Assembly (NCBI GenBank): GCA_022813965.1
Contig: JALDZS010000114.1
Span: 1 to 64,000 of the forward strand
DNA length: 64,000 bases
Direction: 5' to 3'
Source of the DNA: Toensbergia leucococca
Lineage: Eukaryota
In this document: positions 49,746-62,305 of the stretch, piece by piece
Position numbering within the stretch: the first letter of the stretch is position 1
Layout: each line of letters starts with the position of its first letter
Made by a program: the position numbers and the translations under genes
The notes under the pieces: generated by a model
What the model was told of the DNA's origin: nothing
What the model saw: the letters and a program-made list of their open reading frames with translations, nothing else
The model's database searches: none

Positions 49746-51217
49746 TTGTTTCCGCAATCAGTCATATCAGAATTCGGGATGCCTCCGCCTTCCCTCATCC
49801 CCGTCCAGCCTCCGTACCCAGATTTCTTTGGCTGCGCGTCCAGGTTCGGAAGACCTCTCTCTGCGTTTGAATGCACGCAAGCAGCGATAGCATTACCTAC
49901 TGGGGATGTTTCTCGGCCCTATTCTCTCATTAGACAGAACGCTCCATACGTGATTCCCTGGCAGAACACCTATAGTCAGTTGCAACGTCTACAATCATCT
50001 GCAGAATCGACGCTGAACCCAATCATACTCTAGGAGGGTGCACAGTATCGGTTGAGATTAACGGTCCTCGAAATCAACAGATGGAAACTATCTCCTTAGT
50101 ACCGAATTACATCCGTGGTCTAGCCGGCTATGTCATTAATGAATGTCCCCAAATGCAGCATGAAGGCGGCTGGGTAACTGGTGGCCTCATAAACCTTGTA
50201 CACTTCTTCATCAACCCATCTAACAACATTGCGACTTTCACTTCACCCTTCCGTAAGTTAGCACTATCCTCTCTTGCTTCTCGTCTCCTCTTGTTTTGCA
50301 AGTTCGTCTTCTAGCCCGAGCTATCCACAAATTTTTGACCTCGCATTTTGAACTTCCGAGCTGACGTTTTCTCTTCTCCTTCTTCAGCCCCCTCATCTTA
50401 CTTTATCACCGTCGCTGTCACAGCTTCTAGGGACCTACCTGGCTTGGCGGATAAAAGCCCCCTCATTCCAAGAACTCTCCGCGACTACCTAGATGCCGCA
50501 GCAGAGGGTTACCCGGAATTCAGTCTATTGAATATGCTTAAGGAGTACATGAGCGTAAGAGAAGAGGAGATGATGGCGAATGAAGGAAGTATGACTTGGT
50601 TCGGTCCTCCGTACAATGGCGGGCAGGGAGAAAGTAACACGATGGCTTATGTGTGTGATAAGGGGCTGGGTTCTCCGAACCCAGTTGATTGCGAGCAGGT
50701 GTTGTCCTGGCGTCTGAGCGACACGCTTATAGTGGGTCCGGAATTGCTAGCGAAGACATTGGAGTCTAGTAAGTCATCTGAATTCACTCTTTCCCCGGAT
50801 CATATCAATTTTTTGTGACTTTGAGTCCGTGCCGTACTAAATCCCATGAAACACACAGATACGTGCAAAGTCACCATAGACTCCACTAATGTCATCACCC
50901 TCACTTGGGCACAGTTGAAAGCTGCTCTTGAAATGCTGATTAATCTTTGTGTCGAGAATCCCATTTCCTCATCTTTGGGAGGGAGGGCGTATTATCATGT
51001 CCATGATATCGCGGCATCTTTTCTTGCTGTGCTTGGAACGAAAGGCCTGGGTCAGAAAAAGAAGCGTGCGGGACAAGATATTAGTGGTAAGAGCACTTCG
51101 TTTTATACATATCGGCATTTGCGTCACTGTATCTGAGATGCAATACGCTAATAAGAGACCTGGGTAGCGCTAAATGCGCTTCCACCTGGTGTCAACATCA
51201 CGGTCGCAGGTGTCTGA
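49746..51217 (+). CDS. Cys-containing hypothetical protein (secreted-protein-like), about 5 exons; start uncertain
   Basis: Exons bounded by GTCAGT/GTAAGT/GTAAGA donors and CTRAY..YAG acceptors; motifs CASRFGRPLSAFEC, GGWVT, YVCDKGLGSPNPVDC, GGRAYY, KKKR, ALNALPPGVNITVAGV*. Confidence 0.62.
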
Positions 51218-53204
51218 TGTTCTTGTTATCAGAAGGCGAGATGATGACTGTAAAAGATATTGCGTGGGATAGACGGAATGAAGTTGATCGTTAAATTTTG
51301 ATAAGATGTGTGCTTTGAGAAAGTCACAGTGATGGTGCTGGAGATGAGATTGATATGTTGGATGGAAATGTCGAGGTCTATTCTTCATAGGAGCCTGCCG
51401 TCAAGGATGCCCGTTAGCCGATGGGTCAACCATTTCTCGAAATTGCATGAATGAGCTATTGGTACTACTCCTGGAAGTCATATAGGGATGGCTTATGCGT
51501 AGGTTCCCGGCAAGGTTTTGTAGATGATCGAGCTTGGACGAATATACAATCTGAGGCAGAGGCACAAAAAAGCTCAGCCTCACCAGGACGAAAGAGCTGT
51601 TGGTAGGCTCTTGAGGCATGGCCTAGGAACTGTTAAGTTGGCTTATCGCTAGGTACCAAGCACACGAAACATTCCATCTCGCTGCTCCTAGCAGATCGTA
51701 TGCTGCCAGGACAAGTGATGATCTCTGTACTGAAACTATAATAATCACCTCCATCTCTTAGAACGTCATCAAATGAAAATCAAGTAATGGCATGGGCTCT
51801 TGGAATTGCGCAGAGGGTAGTATGAACATCAGATGCCAATCGAAGACATCCTAGTGGGCAAGAGGACAATTAGGAAGAGGACAGTCAATTGAGACGATCG
51901 CGGTGTATGCAGCAACAAGGTGGATACATGGCTGCAGAGCAGATGGGAAATGGGAATACCGCCGCCCCGACCGTCTCGTGAAAAACGGCAGGCCAAGCCA
52001 GTAAATTCATCGAGTATTCGAACCTTGTGCTTGGTAGGAGAGGCAGCGTTGGCGCCCGTACAATGGAAGTTCTTGGTGACCCGAGAGATCAAACACTACT
52101 GTGAGACGTGACTTGCATCAATCTTGGCAAGGGGGAGAGCTTGACAGGATGCCTCTTAGATGCTGCGTCCCCACAGCTTGGTGGAATCTGACCCTACCTA
52201 GGTACCCTAGATTCAATCTAGAAGGCAGGAATGAAGGATCTGAGGAATTACATAGAGCAAAGCTTGAAACCGTGACAAGGCATGGAGTCGTAGATCGAAA
52301 GGGAACTGGGGTCCGGATTGAGGACTCCTTCATTGGTCTTGCGTGAACTGGATCTGCTCCAGGATAGCGCAAGAGCAACTCGTATTCGAGTTTCAGCCTT
52401 AGACAGCGTGACATGCTTTTCATAGGTGAGTACCTTATGTTAAGATATCAAAGTGTGAGAACACAAAGCATGATGAAAATTCTTAAGCAAATCCTGAGTT
52501 GCTCATACTTATGTTCACCCGGAAAAGACACACACTTGGTTATGAAACAACTAACCAGATTTAGAGCACTAGGTAATTGCCAGACCTGGGATTGTTAGTA
52601 GGTAGGTAAGGTACTCTGAATCCAGTTTGGTGTTTCGCAACCAAGTGTCTGTCGGCGTTGGTTGTTCCGGGTAAACACGAATTTAATACAGACCTTCAAG
52701 ATCTATTCAACAAAGATCGAGATACACGGAGAAGAGTGAAGTAAAGATGGGTTTTGCTTTCAGGTTGTCATGATCTTAGCCCCCCTGAAAGAGTGTACGT
52801 TTAAAAGTATTTACCCCACCTCAAATGCCCGTGGGATTTCGGATAACCCTTGTGCCTAGGTACTTACTTTACCTACTCAATTAGCGCCTTGGGGATCGGC
52901 GGATGAACCCTAGGAGCCTAGCACCCTAGGTACATTACATGTGTGCATTGTCGAGTTACTCGAAGCCTTGCCCTTCACACAATGTCGAATGTCCTCCGCG
53001 AAGGCCAGCAGTATCTGCCTTGGGCCTGATACCGGTCGAGGCTCCAACCGGCTATCAGCAGAGAGTCCGTTTTCCGGTGGCTTTTTGGCTTACTCGCTTC
53101 GAGGGCCCGTCCCGCGGTAGTGGGCATCACTCTGAGTACCTACTTCAAACACCTGTGCCTGCGCACGTTTCGCAAGTCCCCGTCGTAGGATCTAGTCACC
53201 GACA

Positions 53205-56200
53205 ATGACAAAGAGAGAGCACTCCGTCAAGCTTGCACCAGAGAGTTCAAATAATGGAACACGACGTTCGCAGCCCGCAATGAGGGGTGTGTCCGGCACT
53301 CGAAGAGCTCCAACTCATGCGCAAATTGGGACGACAGCTCTGTAAGTCCCCATGTCAAAAAACATTTCTGCGCCATCGGACATCTTCCCAACCCCCGTCT
53401 TGCATCGAGTACGCAGATAAAAACCTTCGACCCATTCCAGAGCAGTCTTTCAGTTCATATCGATGCCAAGCCATCTACTGTCTCAATAAGTAGCTCGTTG
53501 AATTTTGCCGATCAATGAAGCTCTGCCCTAGCAGCTGTGTCTTTCTAGTGTTTCCTATCTTGATCAAAGATCTGGAACCCAGCACATACCCGCAAGCGCC
53601 TTGTCTCAAGCCTCTGGAAATGTCTTGGCTAACCATATTTGTATTCACTCCAGACCTGAAGAAGACTCTCCAATCTCAGTGTTGCCTCCACACTCGGCCT
53701 CTTTCTCCAATTCACCAGACGTGTCACCTGGAGAAAACAGAATGGGAGGCACATTCCTTGACTATCGGCGAGACCTCGCAAATACAAGCACCTCAGCAAC
53801 AGGAGTGCCATCCATCTCAAAGACTCCGGCAACGGCTACAACTTCCAACGCCCAGATAACACCATGGGCAACCGATACGTCAACCAATTCCGCAACCACG
53901 TTTATGGGGCCCTTCTTTGACGAGCCGCCGGAAAAGCTTCAACTGCTACCCTCGTTCAGGCCCGGCTCGGGTCGTAGTGGTGCTAGCGACTCTCCAGATA
54001 CACCTTCATACGGCGATGAGCGACGTCCTTCGTTGGCAAGCATGATGACGGAGAGTAGCCGAGGCTCACAATCGAGAATAACTGCAAGTAGAAGTGCACA
54101 ACAGAAGAAAGCTACAAGTCCCTTCGGCGAAGACAATCAGAGTCGCGAGTATCAGAGAACTTCGGATGGAAGCGGACGACAAGCTGGTCGATACGAACCC
54201 TCGCCGCACTCCCATAAGGATCGCAATAACTCCGTACATACTTTAAATGATGGACAGCCATCATCGCCAGCTTCTTCCAGACCACGAACACCTCTACCTT
54301 CTAGCACTGTCACCCCTTGGCTCTTCCAGGATTTCACGGTAAGCTCACGTGCTTCCCTTGTGTCACGCAATCTTCCTAGGTTTGCACATTAATCACTACT
54401 TATATTGCACCTCTTACCAACGAGCTTTCAGTGAGGCGGGTAGCTCTCCTGCTTACAAAAGATGCAAACATTGATGTTTTCCATTCCCGGAGTTGTGGGG
54501 TTCTGCTTAACAGATCAAACCCGAGTCTCGTAGAGCTGGAGAGTCTACTCCTACTGTTTTCACATCTCGTTGCTCTCGACGAAGAACATACAGACAGATT
54601 TGGAAATATCATCACTGTGGGATCAGTAAATCAAACTCACAAGATGCTCTTATTTTTTGCTTGGCTTTCGCCATTTGGTGCCAATGACGTAGTCAGGCCA
54701 AAACATTGGCCGGATTGCGCTTTCTCAAAGCAGAGGTTTCGATCAAGTGCTGACGAAAGTGCCTCGCAGGAAATCCAACACTTTGGTGATGCCCCAATCA
54801 GGGAGGAACCTGCTGGGCTAGATAAGCATCGATACACCGAAACCGACAATGCCGCTTCCGATACCCAGCATCACTTGCACCGTTTCCGCTTTCCTGGTCA
54901 TCGACATACAAGAAGCAAGGAAGACTCCATGGCCACGAGTTCCAAAGATCCTGTGACTGGGAAAGTCATTTCAACTAGAGAAGATCCTATTCCCAGTCCT
55001 CGCCGTTTGAAAGACCAGATATCGTCTCCAATGAGTTCGTCTCCGATGACTTCTCGGATAGCACTGGGGCCTCGTCCGCCAAGTCCAACCCCGAGTTCCA
55101 GCAGCGGTTTGGTGCGCGAAAGTCCGACGGGCCACCAGTCTCCGGTTGATGGCTCGTCTGGGAAGCGTTCATTATTTAATAAGATTCGAAGACATAAGAA
55201 TGACCGAGGAACCCTTGAGTCTCTTAGAAACCTGCCCGGCTCAGCAAGATCGCTACAGGAATCTCTCGTTAAAGGATCAAAAAATAATAAATCAGATTTA
55301 GGGGCCGCTCAAATTAAAGGACGAGACGCACGGCCGCCTACATTCGAGACAGGCTTCCCAATTACACCGGCGGAATCCTCGAATCCAGATCAAGCATCGA
55401 GGAAAGAAGGAACATCGAAATCATTGCATAGTCACTCTAAATTTCCAAGGCCGATGAGAAGAGGATTCAGCTCCGAAAATTCGAGCGGGAAAGAATCGGA
55501 CAAGGCTCGTAACGGGTCAGCAGCGCACGAATCTTTGTGGAGTCTGGATACGGATCTCACTCGCATGGAAGGCATCGTTAGCTCACCTCCTTTACTACTG
55601 CCAACTCAAGGAGGAATATTCACTGGATCGTCTATCGCCGAAGAAGTCTCAAAGGAGCCAAAGGACACAGATCGTAGAGACGAGCCAGGAGCGTGGGATG
55701 CACCAGATTCTTGGGCTGTGAAGAAAGTTGGCGATGAAAATATGGGACGGTTACGGGAAATTGATGACGCAGGCGTCCCCTCAAGAGCTGAGGATGACGG
55801 CACACCTCATTGTGTTCGTGTCTTTCGGATTGACTTCACGTTTGCAACAATATCTACCAACATCAACAGCACAGTTGCTGAGATTCTCGAGATTCTTGGC
55901 AAAAAGTCATTCTTGCAAGATGAGCTGGATAATTACCAGATTATCATGCGAAAGCATGATCTGCAGAGGCAATTGGCGTCTGGGGAAAGACCAGTGGCAA
56001 TTCAGAAGCGCCTCCTTGAGCAGGCTGGGTACAATACGACCGATCGGATCGAGGAGATCGGAAGAGAAGACAATAGCTACCTGTGCCGCTTCACCTTCGT
56101 ACCTACAAAGCTTAGCGGCTACTATAGCTTAGAGAAAGAACCTGGATTTGGAAAGGCACAGAAGTTCAGCCATGTCGACCTTTCAGGTCGAAGCCTCATC

Positions 56201-59200
56201 ACAATACCAATCACTTTGTATAAGAAAGCTACTGAAATCATCTCACTCAACCTTTCCCGCAACCTTTCGCTGGACATTCCGAAAGACTTTATCCAGGGCT
56301 GCATAAATCTCAGAGAGATCAAGTACATCAGCAACGAGGCTTACCAGCTTCCACTCAGCCTTAGCCTTGCCACAAGATTGACAGTCCTCGATATTTCTAA
56401 CAATCGCCTGGAGCAACTTGAACATGCTGAGCTAGATAAATTACATAGTTTGGTGAGTATAAAGATGTCTAACAATAAGCTAACGCATCTTCCTCCTTCA
56501 TTTGGCCAATTCAGTTCTCTACGAAGCCTCAATATTTCTTCGAACTATTTGACGGCGTTTCCAGACTTTTTGTGTGAACTGAAGGCCATTGTTGACTTGG
56601 ATATCAGCTTCAACTCGATCTCTGCCTTGCCGAATATCGGCCAACTCACAAGCCTTGAAAGGCTTTGGGCTACCAATAACTCGCTTGTGGGATCCTTTTC
56701 ACCCAATTTCAAAGACCTCTGTAACCTGAAAGAAATTGATCTCCGTTTCAACGGTCTGACAAGCATCGACGTTATCTCGCAGTTGCCTCGACTTGAGCAA
56801 TTGATGATTGGACATAACGCGATATCAGTCTTTGAAGGAACATTTGCTAAGGTCCGCATCCTTCACCTTGATCACAACCCAATCACACGGTTCGACCTGA
56901 AACCGGCAGTCCCAACCCTGACGTCGCTCAATATTGCCTCAGCAAAGCTTGCACAACTGGATGACGCACTTTTTGAAAATACCCCAAATTTGGCCAAGTT
57001 CAACATAGACAAGAATCACTTTGTTAATCTCTCATCGGAAATCGGCAAGCTTCGAAAATTGGAGTATCTGAGCATTGCCAAAAACCCTCTTAGCAGCCTA
57101 CCATCGACGATTGGCTGTCTTCAAGAGCTACGTTTCCTCGATGTGCGTGAATGCAATCTCAAAAGGCTGCCAGTTGAGATATGGTGCTGCTTTCGTCTAG
57201 ATACTCTGAATATCTCGTCTAATGTTTTGGAGAGTTTTCCGAAACCTGCGATTCTATCACAGGTGCAGCAATCCGAGGTCCAGCCCAATGGGACATCCGT
57301 CTCTGTCGCATCGAGCCCGAATTTTGAAGAGCTTGGCAAGCTTGAAGATTTCGGGCAACGAAGACCAAGTCAAGCTTCCACGGGTATTATGAGTATGGGC
57401 AGCTCGCCCATAGGGTCAACGAGGAAAGGATCCATCGTTTCAATATATGGGCCGGGAGGGAGAAAAGCATCGGCTATTCCTCCGAGGACACCTGGAGAGG
57501 CCATTGCTATCCCGAGCACTCGTAAAGACTCCAATAATATGCAGCAGCGACTGGCCACCACCTTCGCCGGCTCTCTTCGGCATCTGTATCTAGCAGACAA
57601 TAGGCTTAACGACGAAGTCTTTGATGAGATTACCCTACTTCCAGAACTTCGACTTCTGAATCTTTCTTATAATGAGTTGTACGACATACCTCCGCGTTCC
57701 CTGCGGCGTTGGCAATTCTTGAGCGAACTTTATCTTTCTGGAAATGAGTTGACAAGCCTTCCGTCCGATGATTTGGAAGAGATCACCGCACTCAAGGTGC
57801 TCCACATCAACGGCAATAGATTTCAAGTCCTACCAGCGGAACTTAGAAAGGTCCAAAAGCTTGCGATCCTCGATGTTGGCAGTAACGCGTTGAAATACAA
57901 TGTCTCGAATTGGCCCTACGACTGGAATTGGAACTGGAACAGGAATCTTAAGTATCTCAACTTTTCTGGTAACAAGCGCCTTGAAATCAAACCGAACATT
58001 TCATTTGCCAATAGCAACAGTAGAGATGATGCAGACCTTACTAATTTTTCCACACTTCATCATCTACGGGTACTTGGACTTATGGACGTGACGCTTACGA
58101 TACCATCGGTACCTGAGCAAACAGAAGATCGTAGAGTGAGAACCTCGGGCTCGTTAGCTGGTTCCATGCCATATGGTATGGCTGATAGCTTGGGGAGACA
58201 TGAACACCTGTCTATCATCGACATGGTAGATCCCAGGTTTAGAGGGCACGAGTCGGAAACTCTGCTAGGTATGTTCGATGGTCAAGCTTTGTCAAGCGGA
58301 GGCTCGAAGATCGCAAAGTTTCTTCACGAAAATTTTCGCTATCATTTTACCGAGGAGCTGAGCAAGCTTAGGCCTCAAGACGAGTCGCCTTCCGATGCAT
58401 TGCGAAGAACTTTCTTGGCCCTGAATAAAGATCTAGCGACTGCTGCAAGCCAATCGATGGACGAAAGGGAGCACCGTATTCCTCAACTGTCACATCGAGG
58501 GTCTGCCACAGCGCAAACATTGAGTGCGGATGACCTCAACTCAGGAGGCGTAGCGACAGTGATGTTCCTTGACAACATGGAGCTGTACGTTGCAAATGTT
58601 GGAGATGCAGAAGCCATGCTCATGCATTCCGACGGTGGCTTCAAGATACTGACCCGCAAGCACAACCCTGCAGATTCCCGAGAACGAGAACGAATTCGTG
58701 ATGCTGGAGGTTATGTGTCACGCCATGGAAAGTTGAACGACGTGCTTGATGTCTCTCGCGCTTTTGGTTACATTCAGATGATGCCAGCTATCATGGCTGC
58801 GCCAAACCTTACTCAGATTACCCTTAAAGAGCAGGATGAAATGATCTTGATAGCGTCGAGAGAGCTTTGGGATTACCTCACGCCTGACGTTGTCGTTGAT
58901 GTAGCTCGATCCGAACGAGGAGACCTTATGAGGGCCGCTCAGAAGCTGCGTGACCTAGCTATGGCATTCGGTGCGACTGGCAAGATCATGGTCATGATGA
59001 TTGGCGTTAGTGAGCTCAAGAAGCGTGAACGCAATCGTTACCGGGGGCAGAGCCTTTCGATGGGCCCGTCTCAGAACCAGGATGATCAGATCTTCGCTAC
59101 CAGACGTGGGAAACGACCCCGTGACGGGCCTGATGATTCTGTACTCAACAGGCTGGACCCAGAAGTAGAGGCTCCTACCGGTGAAATCGCCATTGTCTTT

Positions 59201-60378
59201 ACGGATATTCAGAGTTCTACTCTTCTGTGGGAATCATATCAGGTGGCGATGAGGACTGCCATCAAGCTGCATAACAGTGTGATGAGAAGACAATTGCGGA
59301 TCATCGGCGGATATGAAGTAAAGACTGAAGGCGATGCTTTCATGGTGTCTTTCCCCACTGCAACGTCAGCACTTCTATGGTGCTTTTCAGTCCAAAGTCA
59401 TCTCCTGGATGCATCATGGCCTAGAGAGATTCTAAATAGCTCTCACTGCCAGGAAGTACTTGACTCGGATCAGAACATCATATATCGTGGCTTATCGGTT
59501 CGGATGGGTATTCATTGGGGGAGCCCGGTGTGTGAACCGGATCCTGTAACAAGACGCATGGACTACTTTGGCCCGGTAATCAATCGAGCAGCTCGGATTA
59601 ATGCAGTCGCTGACGGTGGCCAAATTGCCGTATCAACTGACTTCATTGGCGAAATCCACCGAACCCTGGAGACTTATGCAGACACGGACCGGTCTGGTTC
59701 TACAGGGTCAGAGGATACAATTGACGACGACATCATGGGTCAGGCCATTCGAGGGGACCTAAGAAAATTGATGATTCAGGGCTTCGAAGTCAAGGATCTT
59801 GGTGAACGAAAACTGAAGGGGCTAGAGAATCCCGAAATCATCTATTCGATGTACCCTCACTCGCTTGCAGGACGACTGATTGCGCAACAACAGCGATCCG
59901 ATGCCGAAGCTGCAGCCGCGATTATCGATCCTGCTAGCATGTCCAAGGACAGTCAGCTGAACATAGATGAGCGGGTGTGGGACTTGTGGAACGTTAGTCT
60001 GAGATTAGAGATGCTTTGCAGTGCACTCGAGAGTCCTGGGCCAACCAGCTTGAAAGAACCGGAGAAGGCCATGTTGGAGCGAATGAAGAATCGGGGTGGA
60101 GAGGTGACAGATCGCTTCCTTGTCAATTTTGTAGAACACCAGGTCACCCGAATCGAGGTATGGTAGTCCGATTCGATCTTGGATATTCCAAGCTAATTAA
60201 TGAGCAGGCCTGTATTTCGACACTCGCAGTACGGCACATGGTTCACCCGTTCTCAACCGGGCGTAACATTCTACTTCAGGCAGCCCCAATGGAAGACATA
60301 TTACGAGAATTATCTACGCAGTTGGCCGAATTGAGAGCTTTCAAACAGCAAGAAGGTCCAGTCCAGGCCCCGGCGTAA
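53205..60378 (+). CDS. CYR1: Adenylate cyclase (RA, LRR, PP2C-like and class III cyclase domains), 4 exons
   Basis: Exons 53205-53341, 53654-54338, 54770-60157, 60208-60378 join in frame; WDAPDSW, LRRs, GMFDG, IVFTDIQ, VKTEGDAF, DYFGPVINRAAR. Confidence 0.96.
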
Positions 60379-61041
60379 AGGTATCTAGGTTTGTGTAGGC
60401 GCAAGGTGGCTACGAGTCAACTTTGCTCGATTGAAGGATTTTTGTGGGAGCGGGCGGCGCCTTGAATGGGCTGTTGGAGGATTTTTGGGTTTGGGTTGGG
60501 CTGCAAGGAGTCCCGGTGATTCTGGAGGGTTCTTGGTTTGAATGTTTGTATTGGATTGGCGTGCCTGGCAGGCATTGATGCTTCATATTGGAAATGGAAT
60601 CTGCATAACTTGGGTTTGTTGGTCAATAGGGAATATCATTTTTAACCAGAGTCATACTATCATCGTCCCCACAACCATACTTTACCCAGAAGTTCTCATA
60701 AACATGAGCACGAGTACTTGGTAGTTGCTAAGTATCGAAACTAGGGACTCGTAGATAATATACGGAGTATATCACAGCCACTTCAGCCTAACACGAGGCT
60801 CACCCTTTGTCCTCGCCCCTCTGACCCATCTCCACATTAACACATCTTCCGTTCCTTTTCCTTTTCCTTTTCGTCATCGAAAAGAATTACAATTCGCAAA
60901 ACGCTGGACTTTGAGCGCTACTTTGCTGTTGCGCAAACGATTCCCGAAACCCTCACTTCCCAAGTCCTCTTCTGCGACCTCCCCAACACTCGCCGGCAGT
61001 ATCTATTTAGCATTGGCGTCCGCACATTTAAAGCTCCGAAT

Positions 61042-61935
61042 ATGCCAGCTATGATACTGTGGCACCGCGACTCCATCTCCAATGTCGAAGGTACTTTCTC
61101 CAGCTGGGACAGCTGTATGGCAAAGACTTACTGCAAGTATGCGCCCCGTTCCCCCCTCCCCCCCCCAAACCCTAGACTCACCTCCTTCCCTCCCAGATGG
61201 CCCGTCATAATCGCCATCATCGTCGGCTCCGTCATCACCCTTTCCGTTATCTGGTGCCTAGCCCGCTGCCTCTGCTGCGGCCTCTCCTGCTGCTGCGACT
61301 GCCTCTCCTGCTGCAACCCACGCCGCAACAAATCCTCCCGCTACGCAGACCAACAACCCTCCATCTTCCACCCAGCCCCCTATCAAGGCTACCAGCAGGC
61401 CCCCAACCCACCCAGCTACGAGCCGCCCCGCTTCGCGCAATTCGACGTCAGCAGAAACGGGAAGCCCGCGAACGAGGACGCCCTACCCCCGATGCCGAGC
61501 TGGGACTCGGCAAGCCAGAGGCGAGTACCCGACGGACACGACGGTGACGAGGACGTGGAAATGGGCCCGCTGGCCCCGGTGCGTGGCCCAAATGATGCGC
61601 CGAATGAAGCGGCGCTGGAGCCGAGGATGGGCTATGCGGAGGCGGATTCGTATCCGGTGGACACGCATGCGTATGGCCGGCAGGAAACTCCCAATGTGTA
61701 CGGAGGCCAAACCTACGCCACCCGCATGCCGGCGCCGTCGATGAGTCCTGCGGGCTATGGCGCGTCGATGCAGCAGCAGCAGCAGCTCGGGGGCCCGCAG
61801 TCGTATTCTACGTACGCGCCGTCAGAGAGTACGAGGTATGAGCCTTCGGGGTATGAGCAGCCGTTTGCGTATCATGCGAGGTCGCCGCCGCCGGTGGGGA
61901 GGAAACCGGTACAGGATTCCTGGAGGGATGTTTGA
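61042..61935 (+). CDS. Pin2-like single-TM protein with Cys-rich juxtamembrane region and P/Q/Y-rich tail
   Basis: SSWDSCMAKTYCK|WPVIIAIIVG...CLCCGLSCCCDCLSCC; 60-nt intron 61137-61196. Confidence 0.78.
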   Translation: MPAMILWHRDSISNVEGTFSSWDSCMAKTYCKYAPRSPLPPPNPRLTSFPPRWPVIIAIIVGSVITLSVIWCLARCLCCGLSCCCDCLSCCNPRRNKSSRYADQQPSIFHPAPYQGYQQAPNPPSYEPPRFAQFDVSRNGKPANEDALPPMPSWDSASQRRVPDGHDGDEDVEMGPLAPVRGPNDAPNEAALEPRMGYAEADSYPVDTHAYGRQETPNVYGGQTYATRMPAPSMSPAGYGASMQQQQQLGGPQSYSTYAPSESTRYEPSGYEQPFAYHARSPPPVGRKPVQDSWRDV

Positions 61936-62305
61936 GGGGGGTTTCTTTGAGGGGGAGGGTATTGGCGTTTGGGGGAAAAGGTGGGGAATGGGATGCAGAT
62001 GGGGCTATATTTTGAAGTCTTGGGGATTGTGATTAGGGCTATCTACTTGTTTTGGGAAGCGCGTTCCTAGGTGAAGAAAAGTCTGGAGTACATGGGGTCT
62101 TTTTGTTTCGTCACGAGATGATCTTCTTGGATAGATTATTCTCTCTTGTCTCTTTACTTTTTGGGCAAGTCGAGCTGGATCTCAAAGCTATTGTAGGAGA
62201 TACCCGTCGGCCTATGTCGACATCTACAACCAGCTCAAAAAGTAAAGTTCTTACCATGTTCCACAGACTAGTGCAACCCTTCCGTCCCGAGACTCAATTC
62301 GAATC

